Part shown: positions 20,851 through 30,271 of the stretch, one piece after another
Numbering within the stretch: the first letter of the stretch is position 1
Layout: every line of letters starts with the position of its first letter
Assembly (NCBI GenBank): GCA_964468185.1
Contig: CAYXTR010000015.1
Location: 61,837-125,836, forward strand
Source of the DNA: an uncultured Planctomycetales bacterium
GTDB taxonomy: Bacteria; Planctomycetota; Phycisphaerae; UBA1845; Fen-1342
DNA: 64,000 bases
Direction: 5' to 3'
The notes under the pieces: model-generated
The model's database searches: none
The model's input: the letters and a program-made list of their open reading frames with translations, nothing else
Told to the model about the DNA's origin: nothing
Made by a program: the position numbers and the translations under genes

Positions 20851-21592
20851 CCTGTTACGCTCACCGTGCGCGCAAGCCCAATCGGACCCGGTAGACGCCC
20901 ACCCCCAGCACTGTACGATAGCACCACCTGGGAGTGTCCGTGCGCCTGGTGGGCACCGCGGCCTTCAAAGCCGTTGAGGAGTAGTACCAACTGCTCCTGG
21001 TGGGTTCGATTCCCATCCACTCCCGTGCCCAGCCAACGAGGCACAGCGTCCGGACTAGCAGAGCCAGTCCGGACGTTCTCCTGCTCACCTGCTCCACTCT
21101 CTTCTCCGCCCGTGGCAGGTGCGCAGTGCACGAGGGTTGACAGGGTCCCCAGGCCTCTCTACCGAACTTGACTTGCTGGAGTACCGCACGCCGGACCGCG
21201 AGCGGACGCGGCCCGAGTGGAAGGTCCGGCAGGTCCTCACGGATGACAGCACGTGGGCACCGCAGCCCGATGCAGACCATCAGTACCTGCTATCCCTTCC
21301 CCCAACCGGCTGGGATGCCTTCGTCGATACCAGCCAGACCTTCTTCGACCGGCTCTTCAATCAATAAGAGCTCGGCCGGTCAACACAACGCAGGACTGGG
21401 CCGATGTCGACCGGGTGGCCCCGACCGTGTGCCTGTTCGTGAGCAGTGCTGGCCACCCTCCGAAAAAACTCCACCCCGCGCAGCAGCAAAAACCCCCGCG
21501 CCAGGAATCTGGATCCCTTGGCCCCTCAACCCCTGGGGCCCCTCGGTCCCTTTCTCCCCGCCCCGAATCCGCTAAGATAACACCCGATACGT

Positions 21593-23236
21593 ATGCGAAG
21601 CGGGCCTCAACCCACAAACCCCGGCGGGTACCCCATGCCAACCGCAACAACACCCCCACCCCACACCATGCGACCCCCAACCGCCCGCGTTCACCGCAAA
21701 CGCCTCTGGCGCTTCGTCTGGCTCGCCGCCGGCTACTTCCTGATTCTCGCCGGCATCCGCCTCTGGTGGGGCCGCCTCGCCGAAGACCGCCTCCAATCCC
21801 AAATCGAAACCTACCGCGCCGCCGGCCAACCCGTCACCATTGAAGACTTCCAGGCCCTCACCCCCGACATCCCCGACGACCAGAACGCCGCCAAAGACCT
21901 CCTCGCCGCCGCCAATCAAACTACACCTTGGAAGCACCAGACCCCGGACATCAGCCAGGTATACGGCGACCCCGCCCTCCGCAACGAATACCGCGCAGAC
22001 ATCATCGCCTACCTCGAGGCCAACCAGCCCGCCCTCGACCTCATCCGCGCCGCCCGCGACAAACCCGACGTGGACTGGGGCATCCGCTACAGCAAACCTC
22101 TGATGGCGCTCGTCGCACCACACTACAGCGGCCAGCGCCAGCTCACCAAGCTCCTGGTGCTCTCAGCCCAACACAACTTTGACCAGGGCCAACATGCCGC
22201 GGCCCTCCAGGACCTCCGCGACGCACTCATGATCGGCGACCGCGTCGGCGAGCGACCGCCCCTCTTCATCGGCACTCTTGTTGAAACGGCGATCCATGGC
22301 CTTGTGTTCGCCAAGCTCCAGGATCTGACGCCCGACTTGTGCGTCCAACAACCGGCCAACCACGCCGGTGACTCCCCCACATGCCCCACGCGATCCGAGG
22401 TCGAGCGACTCATCACCACCCTTCTCGACGAGCAGGGCTTTCGTAGATCCTGGCAATACGCACTCTACGCCGAACGTCTGAGCATCCTCGACGCCGGCCT
22501 GATGGTTGCTGACAATCCCGCCAACGCACTGCGGTGGATGGGCACCGGCCCCGGCACGCCTGCCCCGCCCGCCATTCCCGGCAACTCGCCCTTGAGCTGG
22601 ACCATCTCCGCCATCAGGCCCATGTGGATACTGGATACGAAACACGCTGTCATGCACCTGAGCGCCTATGCCGAGTCAACACGCGCCACCGATTACCAGC
22701 ACGCCCACACTCTCTTCCCGCCCAACCCGCCTCAATACGAAAGCTCCACCGAGAAAACCGTGCACCTGATGACGTCGGTCCTGCTACCCTCCGTTTCCGG
22801 CAGCGTGCGCATCCAGTTCCGCGCCCTCACCGAACGCCGCATGGCCGCCACCGCCTTGGCGCTGCGTCTTTACAAGCTCGACCACGGCCAGCGCCCCGCC
22901 ACGCTCGACGAACTCGTCCCCGAGTATCTCCCACAAGTCCCCCGTGACGCTTTCGCCGCAAACAACCAGCCCCTCCGCTACCTCCCCAACGCCGACCCGC
23001 CTCGCCTCTACAGCGTCGGCCGTGACGGCGTCGATCAGTCGGGCCAATATGTCACCGACGAGTACGGCAACATCGAACGGGACAGCTCCGACCAGCCCTG
23101 GTTTCTCGAAGGCACCCCCGCCCCCGACAGCTACCCAACGACGAGCCCCTCAACGCAAGCTCACATAAACCAGCCGCAACCAGAACAAACTGACGGGAAA
23201 CAGGGCGAAGAGCCCAAGTATGAACAGCCCCAATAA
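21593..23236 (+). CDS. Hypothetical N-terminally anchored protein
   Basis: 547-aa ORF with Pro/Thr-rich leader, then one TM helix (LWRFVWLAAGYFLILAGI) and a large soluble domain; coding-like codon usage; no family recognised. Confidence 0.55.
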   Translation: MRSGPQPTNPGGYPMPTATTPPPHTMRPPTARVHRKRLWRFVWLAAGYFLILAGIRLWWGRLAEDRLQSQIETYRAAGQPVTIEDFQALTPDIPDDQNAAKDLLAAANQTTPWKHQTPDISQVYGDPALRNEYRADIIAYLEANQPALDLIRAARDKPDVDWGIRYSKPLMALVAPHYSGQRQLTKLLVLSAQHNFDQGQHAAALQDLRDALMIGDRVGERPPLFIGTLVETAIHGLVFAKLQDLTPDLCVQQPANHAGDSPTCPTRSEVERLITTLLDEQGFRRSWQYALYAERLSILDAGLMVADNPANALRWMGTGPGTPAPPAIPGNSPLSWTISAIRPMWILDTKHAVMHLSAYAESTRATDYQHAHTLFPPNPPQYESSTEKTVHLMTSVLLPSVSGSVRIQFRALTERRMAATALALRLYKLDHGQRPATLDELVPEYLPQVPRDAFAANNQPLRYLPNADPPRLYSVGRDGVDQSGQYVTDEYGNIERDSSDQPWFLEGTPAPDSYPTTSPSTQAHINQPQPEQTDGKQGEEPKYEQPQ

Positions 23237-24004
23237 CCCCACCCGCACCGTTCGCCACAACAGCGCCATCCACGACGGATGCGCCGTCCGCTTCACAAAC
23301 CGCCACACCCCGACCACCCCGCTCAACAGCGGCAATATCGTAAACACGACGGCCAGTAACACCAGCGTCGCCACATACAGGACATCACCACCCAACACCG
23401 CCACAGCCCCGATTCCGCACCCCACGCCCAGCCACAGAAACACCAGCGGCGCCCACAGGTAATAGCTCAGCCCGATCGCCCGCCGCTCCTGCTCCTCAGT
23501 CAGCTCATGTTTCCCCAAATGGCAAGCCCCCAGCCACGGCAGAATCCCCAGCGCACCCCATAGCGCCACCACGCCGCCCGCCAGCACCAGCCCCAGGTCC
23601 AGACTATGCCCCTCGCCGAGCACCACCGCCCGATACACATACCCCAGCACCGCCGCCGCCAGCACCGCCAGCCCCGCCACGATCCACGTCACCCGCCAGA
23701 ACGACCGCGCATCCCGAAAATCCACCGGCCGCGCCATCTCCGCCACCATCCGCCCCGGCCGCCACAGCACAAACCACAACGTCCCGAAATACCCCCGCAA
23801 CGCCCCCGTATCCCCACGATGTACCCACGGCACCTGCGACTCCGTCGTCCGCAGCGTCTCCAGCGACAACCCGCACTCCGGACATCGCTCACTCGTAAGT
23901 TGCCGCACGTCATACCCGCACTGCGGGCACAACAACCCCTCCGGCAACCCCGCCGGCGACGCGCTCGTTTCATCGGCAGCCGGGGAAACACCCTCGTCGC
24001 TCAT
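23150..24004 (-). CDS. Zinc-ribbon containing polytopic membrane protein
   Basis: N-terminal CPQCGYD...CPECG zinc ribbon followed by about 6 TM helices; convergent 87-nt overlap with the previous gene. Confidence 0.5.
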   Translation of the reverse strand: MSDEGVSPAADETSASPAGLPEGLLCPQCGYDVRQLTSERCPECGLSLETLRTTESQVPWVHRGDTGALRGYFGTLWFVLWRPGRMVAEMARPVDFRDARSFWRVTWIVAGLAVLAAAVLGYVYRAVVLGEGHSLDLGLVLAGGVVALWGALGILPWLGACHLGKHELTEEQERRAIGLSYYLWAPLVFLWLGVGCGIGAVAVLGGDVLYVATLVLLAVVFTILPLLSGVVGVWRFVKRTAHPSWMALLWRTVRVGLLGLFILGLFALFPVSLFWLRLVYVSLR

Positions 24005-24049
24005 GCCCCCAATGATAACCCATCACCCCACCCGCAAACACCCCACCGC

Positions 24050-24300
24050 CCCCAACATCACCTCCACCCCGCGCACCGGTGCCACTGCCGTGTCGGCAGT
24101 GCTCTTCCCCCGCCAAACACCGCGTGTGCCACGGCTCTTGAGCGGTGCGCCCCCAACTCCCGACAACTCCACCCCCGCGCAGCGGCCAACAACCCCGCTC
24201 CCCCAGCCGTTCCCACGTTCCCACCTTCCCACGTTCCCACATGCCCCTGGATCCGCCGGCCCCTCCCCCTCCCCCCCTCGCGGATTTTGCTCCGCCCGAG
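24050..24300. repeat. Member of the same CT-rich intergenic repeat family
   Basis: Contains CCACTGCCGTGTCGGCAGTGCTC (also at 27262) and CCCGCGCAGCGGCCAACAACCCCGCTC plus TTCCCACGTTCCCAC iterations. Confidence 0.7.
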
Positions 24301-24347
24301 ATTACGCTAAACTGATCCCTTCCCAACCGATCATCAGGAGAAGCCCC

Positions 24348-25847
24348 ATGCCCATCCCGCCCAATGCCACCGCCGTCGAAAACCTCCAGCCCCAACGCGT
24401 CTGGCAGTTCTTCGCCCAAATGTCCGCCGTCCCACGACCCAGCAAACGCGAAGAGAAAATCCGCGCCCACATGCGCCAAACCGCCGAGCAGCACGGCTGG
24501 ACCGTCCGCGAAGACCCCGTGGGCAACCTCCTCATCGAAGTCCCCGCCACCCCCGGCTGCGAGTCCGCCCCACCCCTCGTCCTCCAGGGCCACCTCGACA
24601 TGGTCTGCGAGAAGAACTCCGGCACCCAGTTCGACTTCGACAACGACCCCATCAAACTCATCCACGACAAAGACCCCGACACGGGCGACGAAATCATCCG
24701 CGCCGACGGCACCACCCTCGGCGCCGACAACGGCATCGGCGTAGCACTCGCTCTCGCCGCCGCCACCGACCCCGACGTCCAGCACGGCCCCCTCGAAATC
24801 CTCTGCACCGCCGACGAAGAAATGGGCATGACCGGCGCCAAAGCCCTCGATCCCAACTTCTTCAAAGGCCGCCGCATGCTCAACCTCGACTCCGAAGAGG
24901 ACGACGCCATCTACATCGGCTGCGCCGGCGGCCGCGACTCCACCCTCACCTGGAACCTCCCCCTCAGCAAGCCGCCCGCCGGCGCCGAGGCCTGCAAAAT
25001 CACCGTCTCCGGCCTCCGCGGCGGCCACTCCGGCGGCGACATCCACGAAAACCGCGGCAACGCCATCAAACTCCTCGTCCAGGTCCTCCGCGGCGCCGAA
25101 GACACCCAACGCCAACTCGTCGAGCTCACCGGCGGCAGCAAACGCAACGCCATCCCCCGCGAAGCATCCGCCACCGTCATCGGCGAAGCCGGCACCGGCG
25201 ACGCCCTCAAAATGGCCGCCGAAATGGTCCAGGGCGAGGTCGTCAAACATGCCGGCGAGCCCAATTGCTTCATCAAGGTCGAAACCGCCCAGGCCGCCGA
25301 CGCAGCCTCAACAACCGATACCCACCGCATCCTCACCGCCCTCGCCGCGCTCCCCCACGGCGTTCTCGCGGTCGTTCCCACCATGCCCGACCTCGTGCAA
25401 ACCTCAAACAGCACCTCGACCGTCACCTGCGACCGCGCCGGCGACGCCCTGAACATCGTCGTCGGCTGCCTCTCACGCAGCTCCCACCGCCCCGAGCTCC
25501 ATGCCACCGCCCGCCAGATCGCAGCAGTAGGGGAGCTCGCCGGCGCCAAAGTCGAGTCCGGCAACGAATACCCCGGCTGGGCCCCCAACCCCGATTCACC
25601 GATGCTCGCCACCTGCCGCCGTGTGTATCAGAACCTCTTCAACGAAGAACCCAACGTCACCGCCATCCACGCCGGCCTCGAATGCGGCCTCATCGGCGAA
25701 CGCATGGGCGAAGGTCAGATGGACATGGTCTCCTTCGGACCAACAATCCGCGGCGCCCACAGCCCGGACGAACGCGTCTACGTAAAGTCCGTAGATAAGG
25801 CCTACACCTTCGTCAAAAAGGCCCTGACCGAACTAGCCAAGGCGTAA
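24348..25847 (+). CDS. pepD: Aminoacyl-histidine (Xaa-His) dipeptidase PepD, M20 family
   Basis: ATG 24348 preceded by AGGAG RBS; PepD N-terminus 'LQPQRVWQFFAQMSAVPRPSKREEKI', M20 metal-ligand motifs (HLDMV, DNGIGVA, EEMGMTGA). Confidence 0.85.
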   Translation: MPIPPNATAVENLQPQRVWQFFAQMSAVPRPSKREEKIRAHMRQTAEQHGWTVREDPVGNLLIEVPATPGCESAPPLVLQGHLDMVCEKNSGTQFDFDNDPIKLIHDKDPDTGDEIIRADGTTLGADNGIGVALALAAATDPDVQHGPLEILCTADEEMGMTGAKALDPNFFKGRRMLNLDSEEDDAIYIGCAGGRDSTLTWNLPLSKPPAGAEACKITVSGLRGGHSGGDIHENRGNAIKLLVQVLRGAEDTQRQLVELTGGSKRNAIPREASATVIGEAGTGDALKMAAEMVQGEVVKHAGEPNCFIKVETAQAADAASTTDTHRILTALAALPHGVLAVVPTMPDLVQTSNSTSTVTCDRAGDALNIVVGCLSRSSHRPELHATARQIAAVGELAGAKVESGNEYPGWAPNPDSPMLATCRRVYQNLFNEEPNVTAIHAGLECGLIGERMGEGQMDMVSFGPTIRGAHSPDERVYVKSVDKAYTFVKKALTELAKA

Positions 25848-25859
25848 CACAGCAGGCGA

Positions 25860-26000
25860 ACCAAGGGGCGTCAGGCGCAAACCTGACGCCCAACCCAACT
25901 CCCCAAGCGCACACAACAATCCACTGACCCCCGCGTAGCGGCCAACAACTCTCGCCGCACCAATCTTGATCTCTCGATCTCTCCCCCCACCTCGATCCGT
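25860..26000. repeat. Member of the same intergenic repeat family
   Basis: CCGCGTAGCGGCCAACAACTCTCGCCGCACCAATCTTGATCTCTCGATCTCTCCCCCC, near-identical to 27375-27440. Confidence 0.7.
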
Positions 26001-26015
26001 CAATCCCTTCCCCAT

Positions 26016-27122
26016 CTACGCCGCCACTTCCGCCGCAACCCGCGGATACGCCACATAGAAGTAATTCTGCATGTCATGCTCCAACTCATGCACGCCAACA
26101 TTCTCAAAACCCGCCTCACCAAGCATCCGCTCCGCCGTCTCACGGCCCCACATCGTGCCCAGCCCGGCTCCGTTCTCCGCCAGCGACACCGTCATGCAGT
26201 GCATGCACGACACCGTATACAGAAACGGTGCCACCGGGTGCTCCATGTTCTTCTCCACCTGACTCGACCCCTTCATGTCCTGCATCAGGAAGATGCCATC
26301 GTCGCGCAAGCAGCGCCGCACCGCCCGCAACACCTCCGCCGGCCGCGCCTGATCATGAATCACGTCAAAACCGGTAATCAGATCAAACCGCCCCGGTTCA
26401 TCCAGCTCCGCCACATCCTGATACGCGAAACGCGCGTTCTGCAGACCCAGCTCCCGCGCCCGGCGGCGCCCCTCGGCTAGGCCCTCTTCCGAAATCTCAT
26501 AACCCACAAACCGGCTCTTCGGATACTTCAGCGCCATCTCAATTACCGCATGCCCACTCCCACAGCCGATATCCGCCACCTCAATCCCCGCCTCCAGCCG
26601 CCGCGTGACCCCCGGCGCCAGCGGCAGAATGTGCTCGTGCAGCGCCGACACCACCGACTGATCACTCTCCTCCGCCATTACACGCTGAAAGTGCTTGAAC
26701 TCCTCATACGGCACCCCGCCACCCTTTTCAAAACACTCCACAATGCGATCTTCCACACTGCCCAGCACCGCGATGAACTGCATCGTCGCCGCCAGATTCG
26801 CGGGCGCCGCCGCTCGCGTCAGCGCCGCCGCATGTTCCTCCGGCAGCACATACGTCCCCGCCGCAGCGTCATAATTGACAACCCGCGCCGTCACCATCGC
26901 GTTCAGCCACTCGCGGACATACCGCTCATTCAGCCCGGCCGCGTCCGCGATCTCCTGGCTGTTACTGGCCGGCAGCTTCGCCAGCGTGTCGAACAGCCGC
27001 GTCCGATGCCCGATGCTGATCATCATCGCCGTCGCCGCCTCGTTCAGCGTCCCCACCAACCGCTCGACAAACGCGTCCGACTGCTTCATATCCAGTTGCA
27101 CCGTCTTATCCATCATGCACAT
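26016..27122 (-). CDS. Class I SAM-dependent (O-)methyltransferase with N-terminal winged-helix dimerisation domain
   Basis: SAM motif I 'VADIGCGSGHAVIEMA', post-I 'VGYEIS', motif II/III; plant-OMT-like N-terminal HTH. Start at ATG 27122 (MCMMDK); the ORF-track upstream extension runs into the repeat region. Confidence 0.8.
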   Translation of the reverse strand: MCMMDKTVQLDMKQSDAFVERLVGTLNEAATAMMISIGHRTRLFDTLAKLPASNSQEIADAAGLNERYVREWLNAMVTARVVNYDAAAGTYVLPEEHAAALTRAAAPANLAATMQFIAVLGSVEDRIVECFEKGGGVPYEEFKHFQRVMAEESDQSVVSALHEHILPLAPGVTRRLEAGIEVADIGCGSGHAVIEMALKYPKSRFVGYEISEEGLAEGRRRARELGLQNARFAYQDVAELDEPGRFDLITGFDVIHDQARPAEVLRAVRRCLRDDGIFLMQDMKGSSQVEKNMEHPVAPFLYTVSCMHCMTVSLAENGAGLGTMWGRETAERMLGEAGFENVGVHELEHDMQNYFYVAYPRVAAEVAA

Positions 27123-27249
27123 CACGAATCTCCTAAATCTCTTCGGCTCTTCAATCCGGGCACCGGCCTCGCGCCGGCAATTCTGTAGCATCAGGCCTCC
27201 GAGCCCGACGTCTTGTAGCGTCCGACGTCCCTGTTGGACGTGCGTGACC

Positions 27250-27960
27250 AACACCGCCCACAAGTGTCACTGCCGTGTCGGCAGTGCTCCTTACCCGACC
27301 AGCACCTCCACCCCCCCGCGTAGCGGCCAAGAACCATGTGGTCTGGACGCGTTCCCACGTCCCCACGCGTTCACACCCGCCCAACGGCCAACAACTCCTG
27401 CGTACCCAATCTTGATCTCTCGATCTCTCGATCTCTCGATCTCTTCCCCACTCAAGCCCTCAACCCCTCAGATCCTCTCTTTCCCGATCTCTCCCCCACG
27501 TCCACACCCGTCAGGCGACGCCCACCACCCGCCCTTCACGAAGAAAATCGAGCAAACACGGCCGACCGACGTGACTCGCCCCCCAACCCGCCAAATGCTG
27601 GTGCCACTACCGTGCCAGCAGCGCTCGCAAGCTCACTTGACATACCAACCCCGCGCAGCGGCCAACAACCCCCGCGCCACCAACCTGGATCCCTCGACCC
27701 CTGGGTCCCTGGGCACCTTTCCCCCGGCACTCCCACACTCGAATCCTCAAATCCTCAGCCCCTCAGATCCTCTCGATCCCACGTTCCCACGTCCCACCCC
27801 GCGCAGCGGCCAACAACCCCCGCGCCACCAACCTGGACCCCTCGACCCCTGGGTCCCTGGGCCCCTTTGCCCCCGGCACTCCCACACTCAAATCCTCAGA
27901 TCCTCAGCCCCTCAGATCCTCCCCTCTCGATCTCTCGATCTCTCACCCCCTCAATCTCCT
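27250..27960. repeat. CT-rich intergenic repeat array (palindrome motif, CGCG[CT]AGCGGCCAACAAC motif, ATCTCTCG tandems, and two tandem about 147-bp units at 27650-27796 and 27797-27945)
   Basis: Direct reading: units starting 'CCCCGCGCAGCGGCCAACAACCCCCGCGCCACCAACCTGGA[TC]CCCTCGACCCCTGGGTCCCTGGGC' occur twice in tandem; (ATCTCTCG)x3.5 at 27408-27440 and x2 at 27927-27945. Confidence 0.8.
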
Positions 27961-29224
27961 CTCCCTCCCCCTGCGCCGCCAGCCGAATATGCCCCTTCCC
28001 GTTCCGCTTCGCCTCCAACAGCGCCAGGTCCGCCGCCCGCATGATGTCCGCCCGCGTCTTCCCATCCCACGGAAAACACGCCAGCCCCCCACTGATCGTC
28101 ACCGGCCCCGGCGCGTCCGGCCCCAGACACTTGAAATCATGCGCCCGGATGATCGACCCAAACCGCTCCGCCACCACCAGCGCATCCGAAGGATGCTGCG
28201 ACCCCGGCACCCGCAGCTGCTCCGCATCCCACAAAATCACCGCAAACTCGTCACCGCCGTACCGCGCCACCACGTCCCGCTCACGCGAGCACCGCGTCAG
28301 CAGCACCGCCACTTCTCGAATCAGTGCATCCCCCGTGTCATGCCCATACTTGTCGTTGTAAGTCTTGAAATCGTCGATGTCGAACAGCACCACCGTCACA
28401 CGCAGCCGCTCATCCGCCGCCCGCGCCAGCAGCTCATCCAGCGTCGCATCAAAATACCGCCGATTGCGCAGCCCACTCAGATCATCCCGCCACGCCAGCT
28501 CCTGCCACCGCGCCTGCTCCGTCGCCTGCGACAGAATCGTCTCGATCAACCGCGCATACTCCGCCAGCCGCCCGGCATCCCGCGTCGAGTACGTCCCCTG
28601 CACCCGCCGACCCAACGCCAGCCCGCCCACGATCCGCTCCTGCTGCCGCAGCGGCTCCTGCAACACCGGCGACGCCGCCGTCCCCGCCGTCGCACTCTGC
28701 TCGTCGAACTGCACTGTCACCCCTTCCGCATCAAACACCGCTTGCAGCAGCTTCGCCACCCGCAGCAGACTCGCCGCCAGCCCCTCGCCGAGGTTCTGCA
28801 GAATCTCGCTCAGACGCGTGATCTCATCAATCGATGGCGCCCGCACCGCCTCCCCATCCCACGCTACCTTCCGTGCCGGCCGCAGCGCCAGCGACTGCTC
28901 CAAATCCTCCGCCAGCACCGGCTCCAGCACATAATCATCCGCCCCCGCCCGCAACGCCTCCCGCGCCCGCGGCTCATCCGCCGCCGAACACGTCACCACA
29001 ATCCGCGCCCGTGGCGACACATCCCGCAAATTGCGTATCGCCCGCAACGCCTGCCCGCCCGTCGTCAGCGACACCACGACGCCGTCATACTCCTCATGCC
29101 CCGCCGACCACAGCCCGCTCAGCAGCGCATCCGTGGTCACGCTGCGACACCGCGGCAGCGCACGTTGCACCGTGCCGCCGAGTGCAGCGGGACCGATCAC
29201 CAGGATGCGCGCGTCACGTCGCAT
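27896..29224 (-). CDS. Diguanylate cyclase (GGDEF) with N-terminal receiver-like and GAF-like regions
   Basis: 'RYGGDEFAVIL' GGDEF active-site motif and 'RRYFDATLDELLARA' upstream helix; N-terminal REC-like domain. The last about 20 codons read through an ATCTCTCG tandem repeat, so the true C-terminus may lie upstream of 27896. Confidence 0.8.
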   Translation of the reverse strand: MRRDARILVIGPAALGGTVQRALPRCRSVTTDALLSGLWSAGHEEYDGVVVSLTTGGQALRAIRNLRDVSPRARIVVTCSAADEPRAREALRAGADDYVLEPVLAEDLEQSLALRPARKVAWDGEAVRAPSIDEITRLSEILQNLGEGLAASLLRVAKLLQAVFDAEGVTVQFDEQSATAGTAASPVLQEPLRQQERIVGGLALGRRVQGTYSTRDAGRLAEYARLIETILSQATEQARWQELAWRDDLSGLRNRRYFDATLDELLARAADERLRVTVVLFDIDDFKTYNDKYGHDTGDALIREVAVLLTRCSRERDVVARYGGDEFAVILWDAEQLRVPGSQHPSDALVVAERFGSIIRAHDFKCLGPDAPGPVTISGGLACFPWDGKTRADIMRAADLALLEAKRNGKGHIRLAAQGEGEEIEGVRDREIERGGSEGLRI

Positions 29225-29271
29225 GCGTGCTTCCTTACCCCAGTCCCGGACGCTGCCCGGCCAACGCCGGC

Positions 29272-30012
29272 TCAGGCATCGCCGGAATTATCCAGCAGGG
29301 CCGAGAGCTCCTCAGCCGTCAATATCGCGCGCGGCGGCGCTTGCGGAATATCCATCTGCGATTTCGTCACCGGACGCTGCGCCGCCGCTTCCGCTGTCTC
29401 TTCGCGCGCCGCCTCTCGTTCTATCACCGGCGTCGCGGCCGCTGTGCCCTCCCGCTCCACAGTGCGCGTCGCAGGTAACGGCGCCGGCGTCGTGGGCGCC
29501 GCCGGCGCGTGCGGCACAACCGCCGGCTGCGCGTGTGCAGCACCCACCACCACTGGCACCGCCGCCGTATGCTGACCATACAACCGCCCCGCCAGATCGT
29601 TCGGCGAGCGCCCCAGAATACTGCGCAACGCCGCCGCCGAACTGCACGTCAACACATACGGCAACGCATCAAACAGCGGCGCGTTCGTCGTCGCCCCATA
29701 AACCACCATCCCCACCCGCGGCCACGTCTGCCGTATATACGGAACGATGTTGAACTCGCTCGGTGCCAGCCAGTCGATGCCCACCAGCACCAAGTCCGGC
29801 ACGCGGTCATAGTGCTTCAGCAGATACGCGCAGGCTTCATATACATCATCAAAACGTACCGTCTCGACGCCATACTCCGCCAACCAGGCCTCAACCGCCC
29901 GCCCCGTCGCACGCTGGCCCGTGCATATGTGAATAGCGCTGCAAATGTCGTCCACGCCACCGATCCCTCGCGAGCGCTTCTGCGCTCGTTTCACCTCAAC
30001 CACCTTGATCAC
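29272..30012 (-). CDS. Hypothetical protein with degenerate receiver-like fold and Pro/Ala-rich linker
   Basis: 246-aa ORF immediately upstream of and co-oriented with the GGDEF gene; alpha/beta pattern (VPDLVLVGIDWL...VGMVVYGA) reminiscent of a pseudo-receiver. Confidence 0.45.
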   Translation of the reverse strand: MIKVVEVKRAQKRSRGIGGVDDICSAIHICTGQRATGRAVEAWLAEYGVETVRFDDVYEACAYLLKHYDRVPDLVLVGIDWLAPSEFNIVPYIRQTWPRVGMVVYGATTNAPLFDALPYVLTCSSAAALRSILGRSPNDLAGRLYGQHTAAVPVVVGAAHAQPAVVPHAPAAPTTPAPLPATRTVEREGTAAATPVIEREAAREETAEAAAQRPVTKSQMDIPQAPPRAILTAEELSALLDNSGDA

Positions 30013-30271
30013 ACATGTTACTCCGGCTGGTTGTACGATGTCAAAATGGGTAAGTGCGGCTGGAGGTTGGACTTCCGGACTTTCGCAGGACTTTTTGCGG
30101 ACTGTTCGCGCGGTCTGCGGGCACGTGGCGGCCGTGCTGCGCGTACTATCGGACCCTGGCCACGTGCGGCACTCACACCTGAGCTACGGATGAACTCCCA
30201 GCCGGAGCGTTTCACGTGAAACGTCGCCGTCGTGTCCGATCATCTCTGCGCGCAAGCTGTAGCGACCGGCA

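Noticed and set aside
23970-25250. 426-aa Gly/Ala/Val-rich ORF on - strand
   Set aside because: Antisense to pepD; low-complexity shadow frame.
27400-27960. Possible CRISPR array considered because of tandem direct repeats
   Set aside because: The repeats are variable CT-rich modules, with 147-bp duplicated units and 8-bp ATCTCTCG tandems. They lack the regular repeat-spacer-repeat periodicity of 28-37-nt CRISPR repeats, and no cas genes are nearby.
26875-28361. Two long + strand ORFs (389 and 341 aa) rich in P/S/T/R
   Set aside because: They lie across the CT-rich intergenic repeat array and are translation artefacts of the repeats; no coding periodicity.
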